Positions 1 through 9,716 of a stretch of DNA of 64,000 nucleotides are shown here, piece by piece. Location: contig DUBZ01000058.1 in assembly GCA_012960035.1 (NCBI GenBank), forward strand, positions 34,122 to 98,121. Direction: 5' to 3'. The position numbers and the translations under genes were made by a program. Source of the stretch: Myxococcales bacterium. GTDB taxonomy: Bacteria; Myxococcota_A; UBA9160; UBA4427. The notes beneath the pieces were generated by a model. The model saw nothing but the letters and a program-made list of their open reading frames with translations, did no database searches and was not told the origin of the DNA. Positions within the stretch are counted from its first letter, which is position 1. Each line of letters opens with the position of its first letter.

Positions 1-39
1 TCAAGCAGTTTCGCTAGTGCGCACTGGATCCGGGCAGTG

Positions 40-1281
40 CTAGGCCTTGCGCGCCTTGAAGCGCACAGGCAAGTGCTTGATGCCGCCGACCAAGTTCGAA
101 TGGAGACGTGAGATCGGCCCGGTGACTTCGATTTCTTCAAGACGTGGGATCAGGTACTCGAACGCCAGCTTTAGCTCGAGGCGTGCAACGTGCGCACCGG
201 CGCAGAAGTGTTCGCCGACGCCATAGCCCACGTGGGGGTTCGGCGAGCGATCGATGCGAAACGTGTCCGGATCATCGAACACATCCGCGTCGCGATTGGC
301 TGAGGGATAGAAGAGAGAAAGCGTGTCGCCTTCGCGGATCTTGGCCCCGTGGAAGTCAACGTCACGTGCTGCGGTTCGCGCAAAGTGGATAATCGGGCTT
401 GACCAGCGAACGAACTCCTCGATCGCACTTGGCAAAAGCTCCGGGTTCTCGCGCAATCGCTGCAGCTCGTGAGGGTTCTGAATGAGTGCCAGCATTCCGC
501 CGCTGGTCGCGTTGCGTGTTGTCTCATTGCCTGCGACAACGATGATCTGGCACCACGCGAGCAAATCGAGCATTTCAAGTTTCTTGCCGTCGATTTCGGA
601 CTGGACGAGGATCGAAACCAAGTCGTCTTTGGGGTTTTTCTTTCGGTCTTCGATCATCTCGGCGAAGTAACCGAAAAGATCGGTCATCGCTTTGTCCGAA
701 CCTTCCTCATTCTGATATTCGGGATCTTCGACACCGATCATCTGATTGGTCCATTCGAAGATCGAATTCCAATCACTTTCCGGAACGCCAAGGATATAGG
801 CGATCACGGCGATCGGGAGGGGTGCGGAGACCTTCTCGACAAAATCGACTTCGCCGGCCTCGAGCAAAAAGTCATCCACGACCTTGCGCGAGATGCGGTC
901 GAAGTCCCCATGCATCTTCTTGAGTGCGCGCGGCGTGAAGTAGCTGCTGATCAGCTTGCGGTTCACGCGGTGCATGGGGTTGTCGAGCTCGATCAACGTC
1001 TTCGGTCTCACAAAGCCGCTGGCTGCCATCGCTTCTTCGGCCTCGGCCATGACGGGATTCACGACAAGGCGCGGTGCGCTCAAGAACAAGTCGGGTTGGC
1101 GACCGATCTCGGTGATGTGCGCGTGCTTCGTGATGGCCCAGTACGGAATTTCGGAATCGCCGAAATAGTGAATTGGCTTGGTTTCGCGCATCAGCTTCCA
1201 CTCTTCGTGGGGATAGCCCTGTTCGGCGTAGCGTTTCGTGGTGATAAGGTCGAAGTCGGCGATCGAGGTGTTGTTCGTCAC
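40..1281 (-). CDS. cytochrome P450
   Basis: 413-aa ORF with I-helix 'VVAGNETTRN', ExxR 'EEFVRW' and Cys-heme loop 'GVGEHFCAGAHVA'. Confidence 0.95.
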   Translation of the reverse strand: MTNNTSIADFDLITTKRYAEQGYPHEEWKLMRETKPIHYFGDSEIPYWAITKHAHITEIGRQPDLFLSAPRLVVNPVMAEAEEAMAASGFVRPKTLIELDNPMHRVNRKLISSYFTPRALKKMHGDFDRISRKVVDDFLLEAGEVDFVEKVSAPLPIAVIAYILGVPESDWNSIFEWTNQMIGVEDPEYQNEEGSDKAMTDLFGYFAEMIEDRKKNPKDDLVSILVQSEIDGKKLEMLDLLAWCQIIVVAGNETTRNATSGGMLALIQNPHELQRLRENPELLPSAIEEFVRWSSPIIHFARTAARDVDFHGAKIREGDTLSLFYPSANRDADVFDDPDTFRIDRSPNPHVGYGVGEHFCAGAHVARLELKLAFEYLIPRLEEIEVTGPISRLHSNLVGGIKHLPVRFKARKA

Positions 1282-1300
1282 GAGGCGTTCCCTGTTTTGG

Positions 1301-1543
1301 TCATGTCGGATTCGGCTTCAGAATATAGGTTTCGCGAGTTGTCTCGAACAACTCGCTTTTTCGTGAGTCGTTTTCTCTGAGTTGAGTCTCGTGTCGATGT
1401 TGATGGTTGCCACGTCCGGTGGGCAGGAGCTCTTCGAAGGTCAGTGCAGCGGGCCCCTGCCAGAAGGCCAGCATTTTAGCGAGACGTTCGGTCCTCACGG
1501 CGACATCGATGTGCGGCTTTGCGCGCTTCACACGGCTCCTCAA
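1301..1543 (-). CDS. small ORF, possibly a truncated VOC/glyoxalase-like remnant
   Basis: TTG start overlaps the stop of the upstream LLM gene (TTGA). The first ~40 codons have GC-rich third positions and read like a VOC N-terminus ('PHIDVAVRTERLAKMLAFWQG'). The last ~30 codons are low complexity and the ORF is too short for a full VOC domain. Confidence 0.25.
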   Translation of the reverse strand: MRSRVKRAKPHIDVAVRTERLAKMLAFWQGPAALTFEELLPTGRGNHQHRHETQLRENDSRKSELFETTRETYILKPNPT

Positions 1544-2526
1544 TCTAGGACGTGGGGGAGGACTTTTTCGGTAAAGATCTCGAACGTCCGATCACTCAAC
1601 GAAGAGAGCAGCAGATACTCGAGAGGAATCGTTTCCTTGAGGCGCTGGATTTCGTCGATGACCCGTTCGGGGCTTCCGTGCAAGATCACGTCGTCCATAT
1701 AGTGATCGACGGGCTCGACCACTTTGCCATCGCCGCGAAAGTGCGCGAGCGCCTGCTTTGGAATGTACTTCGATGTCCATTCGGCCCCGCGGCGCGCCAC
1801 GGCTTCTGCCTTGCTGTCGGTTTCGGCAAGGGCGACGAGTCGTGCGGTGGGAATGTCACGTTTGACTTCCGAGTGTCCCGCGGTTGCAAGATGGTTGTTG
1901 TAGTGGGCGAGCTTTTCAGCGATGCGGCTGTTTGCAGAGTGCGGATCCATCAAAATCGAGTAGCCCTTGCTCGCCGCCCACTCCACCGCACCGATCGAGC
2001 TCGCGGCGACCCAGGTGGGCGGATGCGGTTTTTGTACTGGCTTTGGAAGAATGTCGACGTTTTCGAAACTGTGGAACTGCCCCTTGTAGGTGAGGCGCTC
2101 ATCCGACCATGAAGCGTGGACGATTTCGACGGCTTCCCGAAACCGCGCAGTGCTTTCTTCCACGGGGACATCAAAGATCGAGAGCTCGCGCGGATCAAAG
2201 CCGCGGCCCGCTCCCCAGTTGATCCGTCCGCCCGAAAGGACGTCCAACAACGCGACTTCTTCCGCGATGCGAAGCGGGTGATAAAAGGCGGCGAGCGTGA
2301 CTGCGGTTCCGATTCGCAAGTTCTCGGTCATCGACGCGATGTGCATCGCCATCAAGTGGACCGAAGGGCAAACGCTGTAGCCGCTGAAGTGATGTTCGGC
2401 GAGCCAGACCGCGTCGTATCCCGTTTGGTCCATGATTCGGATGCGTTCAAGGGAGCGCTTGTATACGTCTTCCACCGGAACGCTGCGATCACGCCAGCCG
2501 AAGAACTGCAGTACACCGACCTTCAC
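1540..2526 (-). CDS. LLM-class flavin-dependent oxidoreductase (luciferase-like monooxygenase)
   Basis: 328 aa; 'YDAVWLAEHHFSGYSVCPS' and 'GGRINWGAGRGF' are typical of the bacterial luciferase family. Confidence 0.9.
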   Translation of the reverse strand: MKVGVLQFFGWRDRSVPVEDVYKRSLERIRIMDQTGYDAVWLAEHHFSGYSVCPSVHLMAMHIASMTENLRIGTAVTLAAFYHPLRIAEEVALLDVLSGGRINWGAGRGFDPRELSIFDVPVEESTARFREAVEIVHASWSDERLTYKGQFHSFENVDILPKPVQKPHPPTWVAASSIGAVEWAASKGYSILMDPHSANSRIAEKLAHYNNHLATAGHSEVKRDIPTARLVALAETDSKAEAVARRGAEWTSKYIPKQALAHFRGDGKVVEPVDHYMDDVILHGSPERVIDEIQRLKETIPLEYLLLSSLSDRTFEIFTEKVLPHVLD

Positions 2527-2863
2527 GTGCGGCCTCCCTTTAAATCGAAAAGTCGGATGATCATTTTTTGTGGTCTCCGTTGTCGAAGTTCAGTGACTCT
2601 AGTGCTCCTAAGAAGCGAGAGCATGAAGAGATTGCTCATCCTCACGACGATGCTGCGGCGCCCCTTGTGAAGATCGAATTGATCGATGTATCCACAGTCT
2701 TCGGTGTGCAGTTGCCGACCGCAGACTCACTCGATGCAGAAGGAAGGTCCGTGGCCGTAGTGATCCGTGCTTCGGTCGACATCACGTTTCGCGGCGTCTA
2801 CCCTTCTCTCTTCGGCCGGTGACGAGATACCGCCGCTCTAAGCACATCTGGAGAAACAGCGAA

Positions 2864-4036
2864 ATGCTCGCTCATTCCGTTCACTGGGGTATCAATTGTT
2901 TTCTAGTCGGGGTGGTCTGCGCATTCATGACGCAGCCCGCTGGCGCGATGAACCCGGGGAATGATGCACCCATCTTGACCGAGCGCCATTCCCGTGAACC
3001 TGTGCAAAAGACTTCGCAGACCGTTTTCGGCGCGCCGGTTTACCGGAAGACGTTCGTGTCGCCGCTGTATAAGGTCGACGGAATTTATCGCTCGATGAAG
3101 GGGCCGGCCGCGAATGACTTGATCGCTTTGGCAGACAGCGCTCAAATAGGGAACCAATTACTTTGGATTACCGCACAGTACACCGAAATCGTCAGCGGAA
3201 ATCCTGCCACCGCAACGTCTCCAGAATTTATGTGTCACAGCAACATCGGGATGATGCGCAGCAAGCGACACGAGAAGATATTCAAGAGCCTACCTGGAGT
3301 TCGACTCTTCACCCTTTCACAGGGACAGATGGATGTTCGCTTTCCAGAGGGCTTCGGCATCCCGGTGATGTCACAACAACCCATGGAACTCCAGACCCAG
3401 GTTCTAAACCTGAACGAGCAACCGGAAGATCTTGAGGTTCGTCACAGGGTGACGGTGGAGTATGTGCGGCAGGCCGATTTGAAGACCCCGATGAAACCGC
3501 TGCGCGTGCTCAGCGCTCAGGGCATGGTGGCAACTGATGCCAGCGCGCGGCACTACGGGCTGAGCGAAGCCAACCCCGAAGAGCACGGCCCTGGATGCAG
3601 TGTGGGCCAGGCCGCGGGCACGCGAAGCATGCTCGATTCGGAGGGCAACAAGTTCGTCGCGCATTGGGTGGTCAAACCCGGACGCGACGAAAACCGCACT
3701 CTGGTCACGAACTGGATGCGGGTTCCCTTTGATACCACCGTCCATTTCATCGCGGTCCATCTGCACCCATTCGCAGAGTCGGCGACGTTGACCGACTTGA
3801 CGTTGGAGACCGATGTCTTTCATAGCCGTGCTCGGGGCCCAGAGAACCAAATTGGACTGACGAGTGTCGAATCGTTCATCAGCGAGACTGGGGTCCCAAT
3901 CTTTCAAGGACACGAGTACGAACTGAAAAGTATTTACGAAAACACCACGGGCGAGAACCAGGACTCAATGGCTGTCATGTTCTTGTACGTGCTCGACAAA
4001 GACTTCCGACTTCCGCCCGTTCTGGCCGTAAAGTAG
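2864..4036 (+). CDS. secreted/membrane-anchored hypothetical protein with a possible CuM-like H-x-H...M motif
   Basis: ATG at 2864 preceded by GGAG. Hydrophobic N-terminus 'INCFLVGVVCAFMTQPAGA'. C-terminal 'AVHLHPF' followed ~68 residues later by 'QDSMAVMFLYV'. No family recognised with certainty. Confidence 0.7.
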   Translation: MLAHSVHWGINCFLVGVVCAFMTQPAGAMNPGNDAPILTERHSREPVQKTSQTVFGAPVYRKTFVSPLYKVDGIYRSMKGPAANDLIALADSAQIGNQLLWITAQYTEIVSGNPATATSPEFMCHSNIGMMRSKRHEKIFKSLPGVRLFTLSQGQMDVRFPEGFGIPVMSQQPMELQTQVLNLNEQPEDLEVRHRVTVEYVRQADLKTPMKPLRVLSAQGMVATDASARHYGLSEANPEEHGPGCSVGQAAGTRSMLDSEGNKFVAHWVVKPGRDENRTLVTNWMRVPFDTTVHFIAVHLHPFAESATLTDLTLETDVFHSRARGPENQIGLTSVESFISETGVPIFQGHEYELKSIYENTTGENQDSMAVMFLYVLDKDFRLPPVLAVK

Positions 4037-4141
4037 GGCTTCCGCCTCCGCCCTCCGCCCCCGACCCCGGGGCCGGGCACATTGTATTCGTGACGTTGCA
4101 TTCCCTTAATCCCAACCCCCTGCGTCCCAGGAGCAACAACG

Positions 4142-4756
4142 ATGAAACGTCTTATTTGGCTAGTCGCTTTTGTAACGGTTTTCGCCGCGCCGCAAGCCTT
4201 CGCGGATCGAGAAGTGGTTCGCGAGGAAAGCGGCATCGTCGTAGAAGAAGAGGCCAAACCGGGACAGGCGTTGCCGATCTTGACCGGAACAACCACGATG
4301 TCTGCGCCGGCTGAACAGATCGCCGCGTGGATCGGTGCCACGCACACCTATGTCGATTGGATGCACAATTGCGAAGAGGCACGGGTCGTGAAGGGGAAGG
4401 GCGGCGAGGTCTACGGGTACAGTCGAATCGCATCACCCTGGCCGGTTTCGGATCGAGACGTGGTGCTGCGCTCCGTTCGCAGTGACAACCCGGATGGCAC
4501 CATTCGGATCGAGTTCCTAAGTACAAACGATGTTGAGGTGCCGGTTCCGAGAGGTGCGGTTCGCATGGTCCATCTCGAAGGGTCCTACGAACTGAAGCCC
4601 GTCGAAGGCGGAACCCACGTGATTTACACCGTTGATTCCGATCCGGGCGGAAGCTTGCCTACTTGGTTGATCCGGCAGGCAGGCAAAGATCTGCCGTACT
4701 TCACGCTTCGCAATCTACGCGAACGAGCTGAAAAGGGTCCGCCTCCCGCCGCTTGA
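4142..4756 (+). CDS. exported START/SRPBCC-like lipid-binding domain protein
   Basis: Signal peptide 'MKRLIWLVAFVTVFAAPQAFA'; START-like 'IASPWPVSDRDVVLRSV'; AGGAG RBS upstream. Confidence 0.75.
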   Translation: MKRLIWLVAFVTVFAAPQAFADREVVREESGIVVEEEAKPGQALPILTGTTTMSAPAEQIAAWIGATHTYVDWMHNCEEARVVKGKGGEVYGYSRIASPWPVSDRDVVLRSVRSDNPDGTIRIEFLSTNDVEVPVPRGAVRMVHLEGSYELKPVEGGTHVIYTVDSDPGGSLPTWLIRQAGKDLPYFTLRNLRERAEKGPPPAA

Positions 4757-4767
4757 CGATTGGCGAA

Positions 4768-6000
4768 CTACGCCGCCTTGGGTTGCTCAACCTTTAGCGC
4801 TGGCTCCTTTAGCTTTCGCGAAAGGGCCACGAGCACGGCAATACCGCTCGACAGGATGCCGATGCAGAGAAGCATGGCGCCCTGGTAGTCACCGCCTGAG
4901 TCACGCATACCGCCCGTGATCATTGGCAAGCCAAAGCCGAACGGGAGCATGGCCAAATTTGCGAGCCCCATCGCGCGCCCCACGTTCGCGGTCCCGAATT
5001 GTCCCGCGATGAGATGACCGAATACCGGGAGGTAGCCTCCGGCGGCGATTCCGAAGACGATCAGGGCTGCGGTCACCACCGATAGCCCCTGCCCCGTCAT
5101 CATGATCGCGAAGCACACGACCTGGACTGCGACCACGCAAATCAAGATCATTACCCCGTCGCGTCGATCGACGAGCGCTCCAAGGTAGAGGGTTCCAATG
5201 AGCATCGATCCCTGGGTTGCACCGACAATCACGCCCGCGATCTGAGACGTAGCTCCTTGATCGTGGAGAAATGATGCCGCCTGGGATGTCCAGCCCGCGT
5301 TGGTCCCCATCCCAATTCCTAGTGCCACCGCAATAAGAAGAAAAATTGGAGACTTCACCAGGCGACCGGGTGGCCAGGAGTCGTCAGTCGAAGATTGGGT
5401 CGCTTCGTCGGTTGATTGCGCGCCAAGATCCTTTGGGATCCCAAAATAGATGGCGGTGTACCCGACGGCGCAAACGACGATCGCGAACGTTTGCAGCGCC
5501 GTGCGCCAACCCGATGCGTCGATGAGTGTGCCGCCCATGAGTGCGAAGACCACGCCGCCGATTGGAACTCCAAGGTTGGCAATTCCAAGTGCGCGGCCGC
5601 GATCTGCTGTCGTGGCCTTGGAAACCACCGCAGCGGTAGTTAAAGGGCCCAACATTGGAACGGCTACACCCGCCACCAGACAAGCAAGTGCAAGCTGCAA
5701 AAGGCTCTGCGCTTGAGACGCAAATAGCAGCGCCGCACCCAAAATCGTGCATCCGGTAAACATCACATGACGAGGGGATCCGCGATCTAACCAGCCGCCG
5801 ATCGGTACGCCGCACATCGCCAGCGTCATGGTGATAAGCGAAAGCCCGGCACTGGCTTCGAAGGTCGTCGCCGAGAAGCCGTCGGCAATCGGGCGCACGA
5901 ATAAACTGAAGGCGCCGATCGTCGCGCCGATGCCCAGCGCTTGGGCGACGAACGCGGCCGCGATCACGCCTCGAGTTCGACGATCCATGTTTGATGTCAC
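4768..6000 (-). CDS. MFS transporter
   Basis: 410 aa, about 12 hydrophobic segments, Gly/Ala-rich helices, 'GGWLDRGSPRHV'-type loop after TM2. Confidence 0.85.
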   Translation of the reverse strand: MTSNMDRRTRGVIAAAFVAQALGIGATIGAFSLFVRPIADGFSATTFEASAGLSLITMTLAMCGVPIGGWLDRGSPRHVMFTGCTILGAALLFASQAQSLLQLALACLVAGVAVPMLGPLTTAAVVSKATTADRGRALGIANLGVPIGGVVFALMGGTLIDASGWRTALQTFAIVVCAVGYTAIYFGIPKDLGAQSTDEATQSSTDDSWPPGRLVKSPIFLLIAVALGIGMGTNAGWTSQAASFLHDQGATSQIAGVIVGATQGSMLIGTLYLGALVDRRDGVMILICVVAVQVVCFAIMMTGQGLSVVTAALIVFGIAAGGYLPVFGHLIAGQFGTANVGRAMGLANLAMLPFGFGLPMITGGMRDSGGDYQGAMLLCIGILSSGIAVLVALSRKLKEPALKVEQPKAA

Positions 6001-6058
6001 CCCGGCTACAACGCGTACCCGTGTGGTCAGCGTATGCGTGAATTTGCTTGGCGGGACT

Positions 6059-6400
6059 CTAGTCTATCGTCGTCGGAGGCATTGGGACTTCCGCGAAGGT
6101 TCTGGTTCCCTGGAAGAGACGTGATGCTTCTTCCTCGCCCATCCCCAACATGATGAGTGAGCGGAAGACCGCCTTCAGCGCGTAGTCTGTGGCTAGACTT
6201 TGATCGGTGAAACGCCGGATCGAAAGCGAAAACCGTCCAAAAATGGCGTTCGGGACGATGACGTCGGGCACAGGGGTGAATCGGCCCATGGAGAACCCAC
6301 GCATGGCTGTATCGAGCAGCGACAACCCATGTAGCTTTGCGTGATTCTGGGCACCTCGGTGAGTCGCAGAAGAATGCGTCCCCGGATTACTTGAAGTCGA
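6059..6400 (-). pseudogene. orphan coding fragment of unknown family, likely 5'-truncated
   Basis: The open frame runs stop-to-stop 6059-6400 with GC-rich third positions, but there is no convincing start or RBS (the track start at 6325 is TTG). It sits directly upstream of the MFS gene. Confidence 0.25.
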
Positions 6401-6568
6401 TCATCTAGGAATGGAGGGAGTCACCGCTCAAACCGAGGGAGTTCTGGGAGGCGTGAACTTTTATGTGTCAAAGGTGGCTGGACCGTGCATGTGCCGACAT
6501 CTTCGAAAACGAAGCTTTTATCGTCACGATCAATCATGCACAACCAGTCCATCGTTTTCGCTTGGTGC

Positions 6569-7060
6569 TTAACCTTCGGCGCGCTTGCGGGTGAGCGCTG
6601 GTGCGGGATAAGAAACATCTTCCTGCTCGATACCCGTCGAAGTCAGTTTAAATCTGTAGACCGTTTGGTGGATCGTTTCGAGCCAACCTCTTCGACTCAG
6701 GCCAACCTCGTTTACGGTGATCTCCCATTTTTGATAGACGGGGTGAGCCTCCGCCATCGCGCGTGCGACAGGCAAGGGGTCGGCGAACAGTCCGAGCATC
6801 AGGCGCACGGACATAAAATCGCTGCGCGTTGCAAGGAGATCGGCGCTGGATCTAGGGTCGAGAGGCACGCGTCGGCCGGATGCGTCGATTCCAATCAGCG
6901 CCATGTTGCCACGGGGCATAACCGTCGTGTACATCGCCCAGCCTGCGAGTTTCCACGGGCTCACGCGGTAACGAAGCACAAGTTGTTGCTGAACCAGAGG
7001 CCATATGATGAAGACGGCGAGTAGGAGTCCGACGACGTTGTGGCGAATGCGTGGCGTCAA
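6569..7060 (-). CDS. hypothetical protein with an N-terminal TM anchor
   Basis: Only the C-terminal part of track ORF 6569-7546 is used. A TTG at 7058-7060 overlaps the stop of the upstream membrane gene (TTGA). The TM segment is 'VVGLLLAVFIIWPLV'. Confidence 0.5.
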   Translation of the reverse strand: MTPRIRHNVVGLLLAVFIIWPLVQQQLVLRYRVSPWKLAGWAMYTTVMPRGNMALIGIDASGRRVPLDPRSSADLLATRSDFMSVRLMLGLFADPLPVARAMAEAHPVYQKWEITVNEVGLSRRGWLETIHQTVYRFKLTSTGIEQEDVSYPAPALTRKRAEG

Positions 7061-7986
7061 TTGAGCCTCAGCTGTGGAAACAGATGAAACGCAAACATCG
7101 CCAGTAACTGGATGCCTGCGAGCACTGGCCAGATGGCGAGCGCGTTCTTGCGTGGATAAAAGCCGGCGAGTAGTGCGCCGAACAAGCATCCAAAGATCAA
7201 CTCTCTGGCACCGAGTTCGATGCTCACGATCAGAGCGATCGCCGCGGCGACCGCAAACTTTCGCGTTTTCTTGAACAACAGCAGTGGGCCGAGGCTCATC
7301 TCGCCGATCCAAACCAGATTCGACATCACCACGAACAGCGGGTCTGAAACAGCGTAGGGACCCGTCCCGGGCTTGCCCGCCATTTCGCGAATGCGCGCAA
7401 ACTCGTCTCCCGACAGCACGAGCCCCATGAAGTCGGAAAAATTCTGAATCGTGGCGGTATTGAACGCCAGAAACGCGCCGTTGAAATACTGGCCCATAAC
7501 CATCTTCTGTAAACCACTGTGAAATAGCACGATGACGATCATCCAACGCGCGGCCTTCATGCCGAGTTCAGGATCGCGTTGGGAGAGGACTAGGAATAGC
7601 AGCACCGACCATTCGAGAAATAGATGATTGGCAAAGTGCGGCCAAGCGAGGACAAGCCACCAAGTCGTCATGGCAAGGCTTAGCGCCAAGCAATACGGTC
7701 GCATCGACCGTGCCGACAAACCGACCACTGCGCTCAGCACATAGGCGGGCAACAGCACGGTCGCCGCCATGCGCCCGAGTTCCACATCTCGTCCGATCAA
7801 CATGCCGCAGTGCGAAACCATCGCGAGCAGCATGAAAGATGAAAGGGCGTCGTAGCGTTGTGGGTCATGTTCGTCGTGCGCCCGTGCCCAATCCACGAAC
7901 GAAAAGACGCCTGGCGACGGAGACTGTGTCATCACGCTAGACAGCATACGCCTCGAAAACCCAAACGCGCCACTGGCAGAGCACAC
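7057..7986 (-). CDS. polytopic integral membrane protein (HTTM/DoxX-like, family uncertain)
   Basis: 309 aa with at least 7 hydrophobic helices; no catalytic motif recognised. Confidence 0.7.
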   Translation of the reverse strand: MCSASGAFGFSRRMLSSVMTQSPSPGVFSFVDWARAHDEHDPQRYDALSSFMLLAMVSHCGMLIGRDVELGRMAATVLLPAYVLSAVVGLSARSMRPYCLALSLAMTTWWLVLAWPHFANHLFLEWSVLLFLVLSQRDPELGMKAARWMIVIVLFHSGLQKMVMGQYFNGAFLAFNTATIQNFSDFMGLVLSGDEFARIREMAGKPGTGPYAVSDPLFVVMSNLVWIGEMSLGPLLLFKKTRKFAVAAAIALIVSIELGARELIFGCLFGALLAGFYPRKNALAIWPVLAGIQLLAMFAFHLFPQLRLN

Positions 7987-8044
7987 CCAAGGCTCCGCCG
8001 TGGCGCTCTCGAAGTATCTGCTCGTTTTCCGCGCTATTGCATTT

Positions 8045-8242
8045 TTAATGCCAGATGAACTCGCATGAGAAACTCCCGAGCCCTGGGGCGACGGTGATCG
8101 TATTGCGACAAATTTTGATATTCTTCAGGAAACGTGTGATCTTGATGCCGTGTCGAATGTAGTCGGTCGGCCCGCTTAGGATCTGGTTGTCATAGATATG
8201 AAAGTAACCTTCGTCATTTGTGTGGGGCGATAAGCCAGTCAA
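8045..8242 (-). CDS. small orphan ORF in an AT-richer patch, possibly a gene fragment
   Basis: 65 aa. Composition is visibly less GC-rich than the flanks. No family recognised. Confidence 0.2.
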   Translation of the reverse strand: MTGLSPHTNDEGYFHIYDNQILSGPTDYIRHGIKITRFLKNIKICRNTITVAPGLGSFSCEFIWH

Positions 8243-8513
8243 TTGCAGCGTCGAATTCGAAGGCCTCGACTATACCGCCGGGGGTCGCGACAGCGTCTAT
8301 TGTGTGCGCGCCGTCGAGCAAGCGACGCCACATGTCAATGCCGACAACCTACGCTGTGGAACGGATGCCTCGGGTGCCTGTGTGTCGACCAAGCCATGCA
8401 GACCGGGGTCGGGTAGCGACGAATGTCTGTCTCCAATCGGTGCACGTGCCTGGTCGTCCCCGATATTCGTCGACCAAGCCCAGGTCCCTTCCTTCTAGCA
8501 AACAGGACGTTGT

Positions 8514-9692
8514 ATGCGCCGACTGAGGCAGATCGGAAAATTCATCGACTGGATGGACCCGCTCCACGAAATCGCGATGGAAAAAACCGGTCTCAGCGAT
8601 TTTGGTCAAGACAAGGCTTATCTGACAGGTTTGCGCGTCCTACTCGAGTCGGAAGATCTCGACTGCGATCTGCAGGTACCCCACCACTTCGGATACAAGC
8701 TTGTGCATGTGCTGGAGCAACGACTCCTTGCCGAGCAAGCGTTCAAGGAACGACCCGAAGTCTTGGAACACAAGATCGAACGACCGCTGGTGATCACGGG
8801 CATGGTTCGAACCGGCAGCACCGCACTCCAGTACTTGATGGCACAAGATCCGAATCGGCAGCACCTGCAGTACTGGATGAGCGAGCGCCCTCAACCTCGA
8901 CCGCCTCGCGATACGTGGGAGTCGAATGCCGACTTCCTCGCCACCCAGGGTCGAATCGAAGCCATGTACAAGATGGCACCTGAAACCAAGTCCATGCACT
9001 TTGCTGCGGCCGACTACCCAGAAGAATGCGGCCACCTGATGGCCCAAACGTTCACCGACGAATATTGGCAGATCGGGTCGCGCGTTCCGCACTACAACGC
9101 CTGGTATGAAACAGCTGATCTCGTCCCGACATATAAGCAGCACAAAAGACTGATCCAACTCATCGGTTCAAACGAGCCCGACAAGCCATGGTTGTTGAAA
9201 TACCCGGTACATCTCAAACATCTGAAATCATTCTTGACTGTTTACCCTGATGCGCGCGTGATCTGGACCCACCGCGATCCGGCGTCCGTCCTTTCGTCTT
9301 ATACCAATATGAATGCAGCGTCGCGCAAGATGACAGTGCGGCCTGAAACGATCGATCGAGACGATTTGTTTCATGAACAACTCGACGTTTGGGCAGCAGG
9401 GACCGAACGCGCAGTCGGAGTTCGTGCAACGCACCCTGAGTCTCAATTCTATGATTTACACTTTCAGGACTTCGTGGCCGACCCCGTTGCACGAATCGAA
9501 GAGATCTATCGTCACTTCGCGATCGACTGGACTCCGGAATGTCAAGTAGCCGTAGGTGCGTGGAACGACGAGAACCCGCAGAACAAGCACGGGAAACACG
9601 CACACGCCGCACAGGCCGTCCCGCTCAGTCGCGAACAAATTCACGAGCGCTTCGCGACGTACATCAATGCGTGTGGCGTCAACGTTTCTTAG
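8514..9692 (+). CDS. sulfotransferase family protein (PAPS-dependent type)
   Basis: 5'-PSB loop 'MVRTGSTALQYLM' and 3'-PB-like 'WTHRDPASVLSSY'. Confidence 0.85.
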   Translation: MRRLRQIGKFIDWMDPLHEIAMEKTGLSDFGQDKAYLTGLRVLLESEDLDCDLQVPHHFGYKLVHVLEQRLLAEQAFKERPEVLEHKIERPLVITGMVRTGSTALQYLMAQDPNRQHLQYWMSERPQPRPPRDTWESNADFLATQGRIEAMYKMAPETKSMHFAAADYPEECGHLMAQTFTDEYWQIGSRVPHYNAWYETADLVPTYKQHKRLIQLIGSNEPDKPWLLKYPVHLKHLKSFLTVYPDARVIWTHRDPASVLSSYTNMNAASRKMTVRPETIDRDDLFHEQLDVWAAGTERAVGVRATHPESQFYDLHFQDFVADPVARIEEIYRHFAIDWTPECQVAVGAWNDENPQNKHGKHAHAAQAVPLSREQIHERFATYINACGVNVS

Positions 9693-9716
9693 AGAGCGCT
9701 GGCAGGCCCGGTGCGT

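Noticed and set aside
469-1380. 303-aa + strand ORF, along with the other long antisense ORFs at 10610-11191, 31003-31887, 33223-34536, 41341-42147, 45788-46420, 46479-47255, 48207-48875, 54115-54795 and 56938-57558
   Set aside because: Each lies antisense to, or out of frame with, a gene that has strong family motifs. Their translations are Arg/Gly/Ala-rich with no motifs, which is typical of spurious open frames in GC-rich DNA.
6421-6618. 65-aa minus-strand ORF downstream of the membrane-protein pair
   Set aside because: It overlaps the 3' end of ORF 6569-7060 in another frame. It has no RBS or motif and has mixed composition.
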